A DNA stretch of 64,000 nt from Oikopleura dioica (Eukaryota; Animalia; Chordata), in the NCBI GenBank assembly GCA_907165135.1, contig OU015567.1, forward strand, positions 15,128,001-15,192,000, given 5' to 3'. The position numbers and the translations under genes were made by a program. The notes under the pieces are model-generated. The model was not told the origin of the DNA, made no database searches, and saw only the letters and a list, made by a program, of their open reading frames with translations. Positions 24,294 through 36,700 of this stretch are shown piece after piece (positions within the stretch are counted from its first letter, which is position 1; every line of letters starts with the position of its first letter).

Positions 24294-25226
24294 TTACTGG
24301 GTAGATTCGTCGATGAGTTCTCGGGTGCCATCAGCGTTGACTCTCCAGGTTCGGAAGACGGTCTGCACTTCGGGCTCGGGTTGAACAACGACGACTTCTG
24401 GCTCAGGCTGGACATAGACGACCTCGGGCTCGCACTTTGTTTTGCCTTGGTTCATCATCATGAAGAAGAGGAGGGTCTCGTTGTCGCCGCTGTCGTCCAT
24501 AAGAAGAAGAGGGAGCATCATGTCGGTGCCGAAAGCAGAGTTGGGGGCTTGAGATTGCATAGCCATCATGAGAACGAGCATGTCGGTGGAGCTGCTGTCG
24601 GAAGAGCTGTCGTCGTCCATGAGGAGAAGAGGGAGCATCATGTTGAAGTTGTTGTCGAATCCTTGCTGGGAGTTGAGGCCGCCGGTCATCGAGTTGAGGA
24701 GGACCATAAGCAAGATGCTGTCGCTGGAGTCACTGGAGTCGTCGTCGAGGAGGAAGAGGAGGGGCATGATGTTGTCCATTCCGACGGGAGAGTCACCCAT
24801 GGTCTGCATCATCATCATGAGCATCAAATCGGAGGAAGTGCTGTTGTCGTCGCCCATGAGAAGCATTGGAAGCATCATGTTGAACTGGTCGTCGGTGGAA
24901 GTAGCGCAATCGGTCTGGAGCATGGAGGAGAAGAGGAAGAAGCTGGTGAAGTCGATGCCGTCGTCAGAAGAGTCATCGTCGGAGAGGAGAAGAAGAGGAA
25001 GGATCGAGTTCATGTCCGAGGTGCTGCCGCCTTGCATCATCATCATCATGAGAGCGAGAGAGTTGTCGGTCGAGTTGTCGTCTGAGTCCATGAGAAGAAG
25101 GGGAAGCATCATGTTCATTTGAGAAGTCTGGCCAGGAGCGACTTGCTGCTGTTGCTGCATCATCATCATGAGAAGCATCTCGTCGAGGGCACAGCTGAGG
25201 GTGAAGAAGAGGCTGAGGACCTTCAT
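24294..25226 (-). CDS. Intronless 310-aa Met/Leu/Asp/Ser-rich repeat protein, probably secreted (copy 1)
   Basis: Long ORF with a short hydrophobic N-terminus and six MLPLLLM-D/S-rich-poly-M units; TATA-like element about 100 bp upstream; conserved in a second copy. Confidence 0.85.
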   Translation of the reverse strand: MKVLSLFFTLSCALDEMLLMMMMQQQQQVAPGQTSQMNMMLPLLLMDSDDNSTDNSLALMMMMMQGGSTSDMNSILPLLLLSDDDSSDDGIDFTSFFLFSSMLQTDCATSTDDQFNMMLPMLLMGDDNSTSSDLMLMMMMQTMGDSPVGMDNIMPLLFLLDDDSSDSSDSILLMVLLNSMTGGLNSQQGFDNNFNMMLPLLLMDDDSSSDSSSTDMLVLMMAMQSQAPNSAFGTDMMLPLLLMDDSGDNETLLFFMMMNQGKTKCEPEVVYVQPEPEVVVVQPEPEVQTVFRTWRVNADGTRELIDESTQ

Positions 25227-25699
25227 TTTTGTTGGTTCGTTAGTTTGTCTCTTTGCTTTTTCTTTTGTTGTGTTGAGAAGAGAAGCTGATTATTTGATGC
25301 TCTGAGGATCGTCGACACCAGATTTATACGACGTTGGCCATCTTGCGACCGTCCGGTTGGTTTACTTTACGCTCTGATTGAGCAGCGGTCGTTAACGGTA
25401 GATCGCATCGCGCATGATCGAACCACATGGCACATGAACTTTTCAACTACTGACGAATGAAAAATACAATGTTCTATGATTTTTTTTCTTTTGGAAATCT
25501 TCATGATACAACTAAGAATTAAGACGAATTCTACTAGCATAAATAAGATGAGTCCTTGTTGATTTCAATATTTTTCTTTCCTTTATAGAGCTTGCCCGAT
25601 ATAGACTTTTCAATAAGAAGACACTAAAATCGATTGTTAAAATCAACCAGAGGTCATTTGAAATTTCTTATTTCCCAATTTTTCTTCCTGGGCAACAAA

Positions 25700-26215
25700 A
25701 TGGATCGAGGTCAACAACAGGTCTGGATGCATTTAGCGACATCCGCAGTTCCGGATGTCGTGTTAGCTGTCACATCCGAAGCCCTAAAAAAATTCGCCAA
25801 AAAATTCGGGCGGGCGGGGAAATGGCATCTCGGCATCCTGAGTAGGCATTCTAGTGGTAGCTGGCGGAGTCAGGCATACGGGCCGGAACTCAGGCACTTG
25901 ATCCGATTAATGCATGTTGCAGTTATCGGCAGGCTTCCGGGAGCTAAACCGCCAAAACAAAATCGAGAATATATTTCTCCCCAACGCGTGGCTGAAAATA
26001 TTTGGTTAAAAGATTACCAACATATTATATGGAGACGAGCCATGACTTCCTCGAAATTAACTGGCGTCAATGCCACGCCAAAAATGCTAATCAATTTGTT
26101 TCTTCAAAATTATGGAAATAAAACTGGAAAAAAACTCTTGAATACTTATTTCGCTGAACAAACATATCTTGGAGAAGAGTTTATGAAGAAGTATGTACTT
26201 GTCAAATTGATCTAG
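25700..26215 (+). CDS. Hypothetical orphan protein (about 171 aa)
   Basis: ATG-initiated ORF only; no recognised domain. Confidence 0.3.
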   Translation: MDRGQQQVWMHLATSAVPDVVLAVTSEALKKFAKKFGRAGKWHLGILSRHSSGSWRSQAYGPELRHLIRLMHVAVIGRLPGAKPPKQNREYISPQRVAENIWLKDYQHIIWRRAMTSSKLTGVNATPKMLINLFLQNYGNKTGKKLLNTYFAEQTYLGEEFMKKYVLVKLI

Positions 26216-27885
26216 CCATCTCGAGCTTCATGGGAACGTGGCAAGACAGCTGCATCTTGGACCTAGAGCAACGAGGATAATTAGAGCCAAAATGAATGTA
26301 TATTTAACACTTAAACACGCGAGGAAATATTTTGGGACAAACACGAACTACGCTAAGTTGTTGTGTCCCCTGTCAAAATGGAGCAATAAGTTTGCGTCCG
26401 GAAGAGGGATCGTGCTCGAGCGGAAGCAGTCGAGGATTTTTGGATTTCGAAGAGGGGCCAAATGTCAGTAATGGTGACAAAACCTTTGACTCCTACCTAA
26501 AGAAAGGTTGCTAGCGTTTTGGCAACCAACCATTTTTACTGTTTCCGGGTCTTTAGGATTGAGTTCCCTAATAATCGAATTGCGATGATCATTATTTTCT
26601 ATTCTGGAAAAGAAAAACAGCTGTTGTTTATCCGGATTTCCTGATTCGGTCGGTCACTTCTGTCCGCTAAGAGTTTAATCCAAGGCCATTATCCGAGTTT
26701 AGCAGGTGCACCGGTTCTTCAGAACGCGCTAGAATGAAAAGAATGTGCTCTTTCACTGCCTACTGAGTCCGAAAACAATGTCAGCCAGATCTTCCTTGGC
26801 ACCATGGACGATTTTTTTTTGTAAATGACCTCATTGTTTTGTCACTCAGTCACGAAGGTTATTTTAGGATCATGTTGTGGTTTTATGTGCGGATTTGGAA
26901 AGGATCTTGCACGCTTTTTGTCCCCTAATTACTGCTGTACTTCGTTTTTGGGGGAATCAAGAATCTCTTCTTTGGAAGAGTTATTTTATGAACAATGGAT
27001 TCTGTCCGCGGTAATTTTGGAAAAATAAGCACCGCCGCCGATTTGAGTCTTGTTTACGGGACGGCGTAAATTGGAAGCGGATCAGAAGTTCTGCTTTATT
27101 TGTGCTCTGGCCGACGTGATCTTGATAGGGTCGGCAGGGACCGTAAAGACGGAGGCATTAGCGACGATCCTTCTGGTTTAGTGTCCTCCGTCCGGAAAGA
27201 TGATCCTCGGCCGGCTGCGGCCTCTGACTTGCCACTAAAACCAACACCACCCGCGTCACATTTGCACCATCCGGAGACAGCCTAGCACAACATTCAGAAA
27301 TGTCAAATTCACTTCCGAGAAAGTGAATTAGAAGCTCTGATTTCTATCTCAATTTCAGGAGTTTCTAAAATACCCCGAAGTTTGGTTATTGGAAGCAATT
27401 CACTAGTAAGATGTAAATTCCTGAAAAAGCCCCAAAACCAAATTCGGCAGATGTTGTTGGGTAGTAATGAGCAGTTTGTCAGATTCGATCGGGGCCAAGC
27501 AAAGTGGCCCAAATTACCAATTTGAACGCTGCAACCACCACTCATTACCGGGGCGCATTACCGGTGCTGAAATTTCGAATAATTTCCGCCAATTTGATTC
27601 CTATGCCAATTTCTTAAAATTTTAAATTCTTCATTCTTCTTCCTCGTTCTACCGTCATTCAGTGGAAGAAAAGATTCGGCAGGTGCAGGAGAACGGCTCG
27701 TCCGGGGTCATGAGCCGGGATTTTGTAATAAAGTAACAGGATTATGCGAAATGCCGCGATCGCATGAGCACTCGAAAGGGTAGGCCGAGGTCGGATTCCC
27801 AGCACTTGACGTTTTTCCGCCCATTCTCATCACTATCACACTGTTTTACTCGCTAAGGATTCCTACTGTCGATAGATGTATACTA

Positions 27886-28340
27886 CAGAGTTGGAAATTT
27901 TGCATTATTTTTGCTGAGCTGACCTAGGTAAAAATTTCTCTGAGCTAACCTGAGCTGAGCTGGCCTATTTCGGAGGTCACTGAGCTGAGCTGAGCTGGCC
28001 TTTTTCAGACGTCATTGAGCGGAGCTGCGCTGAGCAGACTTTTTTGAGGTAGTTGACCTGAGCTGAGCCAAGCGGACCCTAATTAGAGCTGAGCTGAGCT
28101 GGTTGAGCTGAGCTGTTTCTTGCTGTATTTTAAGTAGTAAAATTGTGTTAAAATCATTGAGCTAAGCTGAGCTAAGTGATAATTGTCTGAGGTGAGCTCA
28201 GCAGAACAGATTATGTTCGAAAATAATTGAGCTGAACTGAGCAGATCATTATCAAAAATCACTGAGCCGAGCTGAGCTGAGCGACTACTCAGCTCACTTA
28301 GCTAGCTCAGCTCACTCAGCTCAGCAAATTCGTAACTCTG
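27886..28340. mobile_element. MITE family B, long copy
   Basis: CAGAGTT...AACTCTG termini, extensive (CTGAG)n arrays, 8-bp TSD GTATACTA / GTATACAA. Confidence 0.92.
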
Positions 28341-28991
28341 GTATACAAAAGAATATCAGGGAATAAAATCGCGATAGTGGTAGTAAAGTTGTTTTTATAC
28401 AAGTATAATCGCCAATTTTAAGATTACGATATTCAACAGGTAGCTCGCAGGTGCTCTCGACCTTGGTCAGTTTGGTCGACATTTCCGGAAGATTATGGTT
28501 CCACATGATGGCCAAAGCGATAACTAAAAACCGCTCGTGTCAAAATTGGCCCTTGACACCGGAAATGGGAAGATAAGTTGAACTAACAGCCGGATTTAGA
28601 TGCAATTAGCGATTTGCTCAAAGTGGAAAGCAGCCAAATGAAGAGCTCATGAATTCGAGGGAAGAAAAATTATTCAACGGCGATTTTGTTGCTTTTTATT
28701 TAGACCCGCTCGATGGATTTCTGAAATAAACAACACCTTCTCCGTTGACCTTTGCGCGAGTTTTTTGACTTTTTCATCGTGAAAACAAGTTATTTCTTGC
28801 GGAATCCGCGGCGCCTAAATCGCTCCACCAAAAAACACTCACCCAGTCTGGCGCCTGCATTCCGCTCGTGCAAATTTTACGAAAAAAGGGGTTTACAAAT
28901 GATCCCTTCGTATATATGTAGGGTACTAGAACATCTTCAAATACAGACAGGCTCGAGATAAGAAAGTCCTTTTTGGAGAAAATTAGCAGCT

Positions 28992-29173
28992 CCGATCGAT
29001 AACCTGCGTAAAATCCTCAGTCAGGGTCTGAATAGGAAAGCAAATGCAGATTCTCACGGATATTTTGGCGAAGCCGCTTTGCGGCTTCGTTTTTTAAAAA
29101 GCCGCTACGCGGCTCTTCGGTTACGCTCTTTTATAACCCTGACTCAGGTTTCTTCACAGGTTGGAGAGCCAAG
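28992..29173. mobile_element. MITE family A, long form
   Basis: TIR cores plus internal AAGCCGC palindromes. Confidence 0.82.
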
Positions 29174-29730
29174 ATTGACCCATTTCATTCAGTAATTCAA
29201 GCTTGGATATCATAAGAAAGATATAAAAAAAATTTTTATCGCCTCAAAATTTTAGTTTTGTCACGTGGTCATCTGAAAAAGTATTAATTTCTTGTGCCCC
29301 ATAAATCAATCGTGAAAGCAATAAAATTTTGTAAACGAGGAATTAATCCCCTCAACTTTTTCGCCTCGCGGAAATGAGTGGATTAGATTAGTGCGAAAAG
29401 GTGGAAGGGATTTATTTTCTCAGTCCGGTGCCGTACTGGTGGTGGTGTTGGTGCAGTGCGAGCACGAGCGCGCTGCCCACTTAGCCAGCTTGAACAAATA
29501 ACTTTTTGTCCAGCACTTGAGACACTGTGCTCTGGCATAAACGTATTGTTACCGAACACTAACGTGTTAAAGTTTTGCCACAAAAGGTGCTTCAGCGTTT
29601 CCTAGAGTGCTATTTAAATTTCCTCTGCCAAGAAAAAAATAATCAAGGGTCATCAAAAAATATCAATACTCTTAGAAATAATGCAAAAAATAAGCAATAA
29701 AAATTAATATTTTGATGCGTTGCAATCATA

Positions 29731-29923
29731 GAACTTATCGTGAAATCCTGAGTCAGGGCCCTGAGAGAACTAAAGTGAAAAGCCGCGTAGCGGCTTTTTT
29801 TTAATGAAGCCGCAAAGCGGCTTCACTAGAATTAAATATAATCCTAGATTTTCGGATGCGGCTTTTCATTAAAGCTCTTTCAGGACCCTGACTCAGGTTT
29901 TCTACAAATGTTTCCAAGCCCAG
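29731..29923. mobile_element. MITE family A, long form (opposite orientation)
   Basis: CCTGAGTCAGGG / CCCTGACTCAGG cores; ends in GCCCAG. Confidence 0.82.
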
Positions 29924-30235
29924 GTCGTAAATAAAACAAGAATTTTGACAGCAGAAGTTATTCTAGCGACATGATTTCCCGCCGTGACATTATCTCAGGA
30001 CCACAAAGTTTTATCTGTTTTCGGTGTTGCCAATTTTCTGCCAACGAAGTAAGCCAATTAAAGTGATACAGTGGTGGGTACATATTTCGGAAATTGAGGA
30101 GAGCAAAATTGATCGGATTAGCTGAGGTCTGAAAGCTTACTCGCGTGGTGGGATAAGCGACGACCCGGATAGTCCGAAAAATAGATAACAATCGGATTTA
30201 TCAAAAAATGCGTCCGGACTCTCCAACTTAGGGAC

Positions 30236-30339
30236 CTTGGACCGGCAACCTGTGTTTAAACCTGAGTCAGGGTCTTGAGAGAGCTTTGATACAGCGCTCA
30301 GGACCCTGACTCAGGTTTTTGCACAGGTTGCCGAGCTGG
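30236..30339. mobile_element. MITE family A, short form
   Basis: Paired TIRs around a spacer of about 25 bp. Confidence 0.85.
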
Positions 30340-30976
30340 AACCATCCATTATCAAGTCATCTGATGGTGAGATGGTTCAAGCGCCGTTTACTATTTATTG
30401 ATCTCGTAATCTGTCACATAAATGGGAAAATAAATGGCTTAGCACTCGGGTCTCATACACTCGCCAGCCAAAAAGTTTCTGTTTGCGGAGAAAAAAGCGG
30501 AAGTTGGAAAGTGACCAGAAGCCGAGTTTCCTATCACACGATCGTGAAACAGTGAAAATGCGGAATAATGTTTGTTCACACGAGCTTCCGCCAAATCCAA
30601 CTTGTAAATTTATGCCCTGCTCTGTAGAAATTCCGTGAAAGCAGCAACGGGAGAAGGAAAGAACGGATGTTGTCGGCCAAAACCCGATTAGGCGCGAGCT
30701 TGGTTCAATTTGCAGCGCGGTGGAGAAAATTTTCAAATTGAATTTTCCGCCCTTCGGAAGTTCAAAATTTTCTTCCAGGTATAGGGCTCACGGAAGCACC
30801 TGTTGACAAGAGATTTCACACGTTGTACCGCCTTGGTCGCTCGGATCGGTGGGAGACCTTGCTCTTTAAGGCAAGATCTAATTATTTCTTCGATTCGCCA
30901 TTATTTTCTTGTCAACAATACAACCCATTTTGTAGGTAAAAAGGAAGGTCTAATTTTTAAGTCGATCTGTATGGAG

Positions 30977-31082
30977 CTCGGCTCAGAAACCTGCATAGAA
31001 ACCTGACTCAGGGTCCTGAAAGCGCTTAAATGAAAAAGCATTGACCCTGACTCAGGTTTCTTAACAGGTTTCTGAGCCCATG
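30977..31082. mobile_element. MITE family A, short form
   Basis: Paired TIRs. Confidence 0.82.
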
Positions 31083-31103
31083 GTTAAAGTCTCGCAATAA
31101 CCA

Positions 31104-31146
31104 TAAGGCTCGACAACCTGTGTAGAAACCTGAGTCAGGGTCCTGG
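31104..31146. mobile_element. Solo TIR of MITE family A
   Basis: ACAACCTGTGTAGAAACCTGAGTCAGGGTCC with no partner seen. Confidence 0.7.
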
Positions 31147-31872
31147 AATGGCTTTTATAAAAGGGTTGCCGTATAAAAACTCGTAATAACTATACTTATA
31201 ACTCGTGAAAATGATGGATTTCCGAGTGGACATTCCATTTCACCTCCCTTCCTGAAATATCTTGCTCCTTTCCACTTCCCGTGAAATTCCCGCCCTATTA
31301 TGTTTAAGTATTGGCTCCTCGAGCAGCCGGCACTTGAATTTTTGTATCATTTGGAACACGTTATGACTGTCACGTGTCGCTGATATTCAGTAGACGCAGG
31401 GTGGCCGAATTCAGCGCTGGGAAAAAGCTGCTGCGACTATTTCTGATGCGGCTGACCAATTTCGAGAAAAATGAAAAAAGAAAAGCGCCTCTCTGTTGGT
31501 TTTCTTCTAATGACTTCATAATCTGCTGAGAACTAGGGGCGATTCCGGAAAGGATTGTCAGATGGCAATTTGGGCCAAGTGCCACCGACCCTTCGCAGGT
31601 GCAGCGATCCTCGAAACGCTAATCCAAGGTGAGGGGAATGGATTAAACCCGCTCTGCTGGAACTGCAGCCTTACCAATACTCGTAAGACCTGGGTTAACG
31701 AGATGTAGACATGTCTAAACAGCTGGGAAGAAATTGCTAAAGAGATCCGGATTAGCGGATCAGCCGGATGTGCATATTGTGCTCTGCGGGCTTGTCTGAG
31801 CCACCGCAACTTCCGAGCATGATACACAGTACAGGATTTTTATAAACACTGCGTGAGAGTATAGATCAACTG

Positions 31873-31987
31873 TTAGGCTTCATAACCTGTGCAGAAACCT
31901 GAGTCAGGGTCCTGAAAAGTCTACGCAGGTTTTAATAAAAGCTTTTCGAGATCCTGACTCAGGTTTTTTCACAGGTTTCTGAACCCT
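31873..31987. mobile_element. MITE family A, short form
   Basis: Paired TIRs. Confidence 0.82.
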
Positions 31988-33760
31988 TATACACAAAGTA
32001 AGTCGGTTTTTATCAAGCCAAAAATTACGAATGACAAAAAGAGACGTTTTATTGAAGAAAAAACATCGTACAAATTGAATACCAGGATAAACATTGTAAT
32101 ATTTTCACCAGAAGCTAATCCGCCTCAAAGGTGCACTCCACGGGATTCAAAATAAACTAATTGTAATCATTGTTCGCCTTATTTGCCCGGTGATTTGTTT
32201 ATTATCTCAACCCTTTTCAGAGGCGTCTTTTTTTTTGGCCGCGTATCAGCGAAAAAAGTGAAAATGTCAACATCATTTTCGCGCTGAGCCTCAAATTATT
32301 CGAAAGTTGCTGTTTGCTGGTGGCCTTGGCCTCTCTCTTCTGGTGGTCCAAGACGTCAGTGGCGTCAAGTAGGGGCTTGATTGGGGCTCGATTCTTGAGA
32401 AAACGTCAGAGAGATAAAAAATACTCTGAGGTTTGAATGGCTATGCTAACTATTCTGATGAGCGAGAGCAAGAATGCTAATGAGGAGGGGCTTCTCAAAG
32501 TAGTTGAATAATGCATTTTATTCTTTCCCTGCCATTTTCTTGCTTGTTTTTTCTTTGAAAGGCTGTAGAAATGTCCTTTTCTTTTGAAAGTCTTGAGCGT
32601 TTCTGATGAAGATTTCAAAATAGGTCGTGTTTTGTAAACAGCTGTTTCAATTCTGCTCTGGGAGTTAAATTTTTATACGTGCTCGTCGGTTGTCACGGGG
32701 AATCTGTGCCAATTTGTGCACTTGCCTAATTAACCCCGTCAAATATTCATCATTTCGTCGCACGGCTGTGGTAGCTTTGAGTGATCTGCTCCGCACCTTT
32801 TGTACATAGAAGGTTTCCTTTACGATTATGTTTTTCTCAAAAGAATATTGAAAAAACTGGAGACTCGAATTTTGAACTTTCACCTAAGCAAAGGCAATCA
32901 AGTGCCAAGTGGCTCCAAACATCGATCGCTTTCTCGCATAACTGCTCATTATATCCTTGGCTGTATCGGCTCAGCCCTTTTCTGGATGGCCTTGTGTCCA
33001 GAGCTAATTGTCACCAATGACACGAGGAGCGAGATTATTGACGAGATTCACCTGCGACCACTTTGCTTTGAAAATTCCATGCCTCTGAAAAATCATTTTA
33101 AAAGAAGAACTTTTACGATTCCGCAAAGAGAAGGCCTATTTATTAGTTGGTTAGGGACGAATAAAGATGTAATATCTGAGAAAGAGGTTGTTCTTGATTT
33201 TCGATTCTTCTTCTTCGCAAGTTTTAACAGCTTTTTGGGCCATCGTAAACGCTTATTTTCGACTGCAAAGAGAGAGAAAGAGAACGCGCATATGATCATC
33301 TTGTGTCATGGTTATCCTTGTTTATGGATAGTCATTTGATGATGCCGTCGACAAGGTGGGCTGGGCGCAAGTTGCGCGTCAGCGGGTGTTCTTCGTCCCA
33401 TTTTCGCCGCGGCGAGTTGTTTAGCGCCTCCGCGCATCGGCTCTTTAGCGCCGCTAGCAACGCGCTCCGAAAGCTCCCTGGCCATTGAGGACTTTCCCCT
33501 TGATTCTGAGCAATTTTTGCCCAGTTGGAATAATAATAATAAAACATAACTGCATTTTTTCAACCAAGAGCTTTAAAAAACTGCGAAAATTCCACCTAAA
33601 GAGAGCACGGATTCATATGATACTAGAGATATGCAGCCGAAAACGTCAGAAACAAGTAAAGGTAAAGATTTAAGATATTCCTGAATAAAATACAGTACAT
33701 AGAGATTACCATGAGTAGCTATATGATATGATATGGAGCCGAGACTTTTCCCGATGATTT

Positions 33761-33783
33761 TTAGGGTTAGGGTTAGAGTTAGG
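33761..33783 (+). repeat. Interstitial telomere-like tract
   Basis: ttaggg ttaggg ttagag ttagg. Confidence 0.6.
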
Positions 33784-36700
33784 ATCGCGTTTTTGTAAGT
33801 GTAGGGATTTTTAGTCCCGTGATTCCAAAGGGGTTAATTTTCTATCTGATACTTTTGAGCACCATCTACTTCAAATTGAAGGATTCCGATGCCGACCGCG
33901 GGTTAATTGTTGAATCGTCGAGATTGTGGCCATTTCGATGATGCCTGGTGGTGCAGGTTTGTTTTGGGCTTGTTGTTGGATCTTATCGCGCATCCCTTTT
34001 TCATTATTTTATTTTCATTTATGCGCTTATCGGTGCGAAAATGGCGATAATTGCGATGATACTAGCTTGTCGTTGAGCTACGTGGTGGAGAATTGGTCCT
34101 TCTGGGGGACCACACCCGAACCGACTAGAAAGTGTCAGCCAAAACATACGCTTTTCTTGAGACTCATTCTGAAGCACTCATTGAAATCTATATTTCTGGC
34201 GAATTCGCCACAGTGCCAAAAAAGACACCATTTTGTTCAGCTACAATCCTGAGAAGGCATTCTCGAGTGTTTCCGCAAATACAAGCCCCCAAGGACCGAC
34301 TCTTGACTGGGGCCACTCCATCAAGAGGAGAACTTGTCAAAACCAACCTGTTAATCGTCGCTGACGGATCTAATTTCGACCCGGATAAGCTGGCTTCATC
34401 TGACAGTGAGTGGCTCATCCGGCTGTTTTTTAATTATTTACGAAGGGTAAAGTTTTGTTATGAAAGAAAAAGGATGAGGACGTGCTGATAATAAGAGCTA
34501 ATTAAAGGATTAACTGGCTATCAAAAGAGCTCTGACAAATAGCAGATTTTTCGAATTAGAAATTAAGGGAAATCCTTATTTGTGAAAGTGATTTTCTCCT
34601 CCTGAAAGCTTGGCTAAGAAATTTCTTGGCTCAAGAATTGAATAATCAAAATTTGATTTTCAGATGAGCTAAAAATGCACTTCGGCGCCAGACAAATTGC
34701 CCAATTTGCGGAGGATTTATTTTTAATGAAGGCAGAATGATAATTTGTTATTTGCGCGAAAATTAATTACTGACAGAAGATAACATATCGGTGACGGCAG
34801 GCCCTCACGTGGGAAGGTTATGCTTATGATCGTTTTAATTATTCATAGCGTCAAGGTGGCCTGGGGATGAGAAAGAATAAAAAAGTTAATTGAACTTGTG
34901 GCGCTTCTTTTTTGTTTTTTTGAGGGATAACCTCCGGAGTATCCTCACGGGGTTTCGGAGCAGTTACAGTCAGCCCAGCTGTCAATGCAGCCTCATTACT
35001 GTATTTTACGCACAACAAATCAATGGCCGCTCCGATGAGCATGGTCACGTGCACGCGTCTCTCACCGAGCGTAACTCGGATTATAAGACCCTTGTCGCGC
35101 TGCAAAATTATTTATACGCCTTTGAGTACTGCAGGTAACCGCGTGTGACAACAAGCAATAGCCGGAGCGTAACTCATCCTGCTGCGGTGTTTACAAACAC
35201 GAAAAAACGCACCCTTCATAAATATACTTCGCGGGCAATAGGGTAATTGCAGCCTCAAGGAGGGATCGCGAGGCGAAATTATGGTTTCCCCCTTTCGATT
35301 GTCACCTCGGACAACCGCCAATTTGCGACATGAAAATTTCGGGCCCTCTCGATTTGGAAGGGACAAATTCGATTCCTCGGGAAAAGGTTGACACTTAGCG
35401 CCAGATAGAATTTTAATGCTGGGCTCTTATTCTTGGCGGGGCATAGTTTGGTGTCACCAATTATTTGTCAAGAATTAATCGACCGCATAGCGCGAAATTA
35501 AGCTTGAAGGAGTCAGAACTACGTGTTCCTTCAGTCGGTTTTTAGGATATATTTGGCGTTGGATTTGCTCGGGTCTAAATTGATTCGCGCTGGCTGATCT
35601 CGGTTGATATTTTCACTTGCGAGGGGAAATTATCACTCGCCGTCATATGGCAGATTAACCCAAATGCGGGCTCAGCCACCGCCCGGTCTAATCCATCGCA
35701 TCCGAGCTCCAACAAAATTCGCGAAATCACGATCCGTCCGGGGCCAAATATTTTCGCGAAATTTGCATAATGCTGAGTTACGCCCAAATAAAATGTCGGC
35801 CACCGCGCTGATCTTATCGCAAAACACTAAAACGTAAATATCACCAAGAAGGGCAAGTCCTTCCTTCACCAGAAAATTCTCAATAAAAAAACACCCTTGA
35901 AAGTTTCAAGTTGAAACGAAAGAAAAAGACCAATTTCATTTTGTGGCTTCAACTTTGATTTTCCTCCAGTGTTCCTAAAATACAGAAAGAAAAACAGCGG
36001 GCTTATGAAAACACCAACTATTCGGCTTTTGTCAACAAGTGGTTAAATTTCGTAGACTTTTGAGTATTTACTAAAATGGGCTGCTTCCGCTTGGGCGGAG
36101 GGCTTTTCGTGTTTGGAAATTCAGTAGGGTTTGGTACTTTGTCATCGGGCAGTTTGTTTGGAGGCAACAAAACCGAGGATACTCCAGGGCCCTTCTTCAG
36201 CCAGCACCACCTCCTCCGAGGCAGCGCTATAAACACTTGTGGTGGACCCGGCCAGCCACAATTTGACGGATTATGGTTGATTTCTCCACCACCTGAATCA
36301 AGCTCGATTCTTATATTTTCGACACTTTCTAAGAGGATGTACAGTTATTATTCATAACTTTAGAATAACAGCTTTTCAATTAGAAATTAGCGAGCCGGAA
36401 ATTATTTTTACGCTGCTCGAAATAAAAAATTCTTGATAATGGGCGATTAAAATGGTGTTTGGCCCGCTGACAGCGCCATTGTGTTTAGGTCCTTTCACAC
36501 GGGTGCTGTATTTTATCATCATATCAAAAATCCGGCCTTGCTTGCTTACTTGTGCCCGGGCACGCGCGAATCCGTTATCGTGCCAGAGTTAGCCTTATCG
36601 CCTTGGAAAATTAACCTGAAGGTGCGGAAGTTGCCTCTCAGGTGTCTGACCATAAAACCTTTATCGCAAATAAACCCATTTTCGCTTGCTCGAATACGTA

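Noticed and set aside
24261-25122. Long plus-strand ORFs (274 and 184 aa) and their counterparts at 42364-43095
   Set aside because: They are antisense shadows of the low-complexity Met-rich gene.
6780-28340. GAGCT arrays as CRISPR or satellite
   Set aside because: There are no unique spacers and no cas genes; the arrays are bounded by TIRs and TSDs, so they are MITEs.
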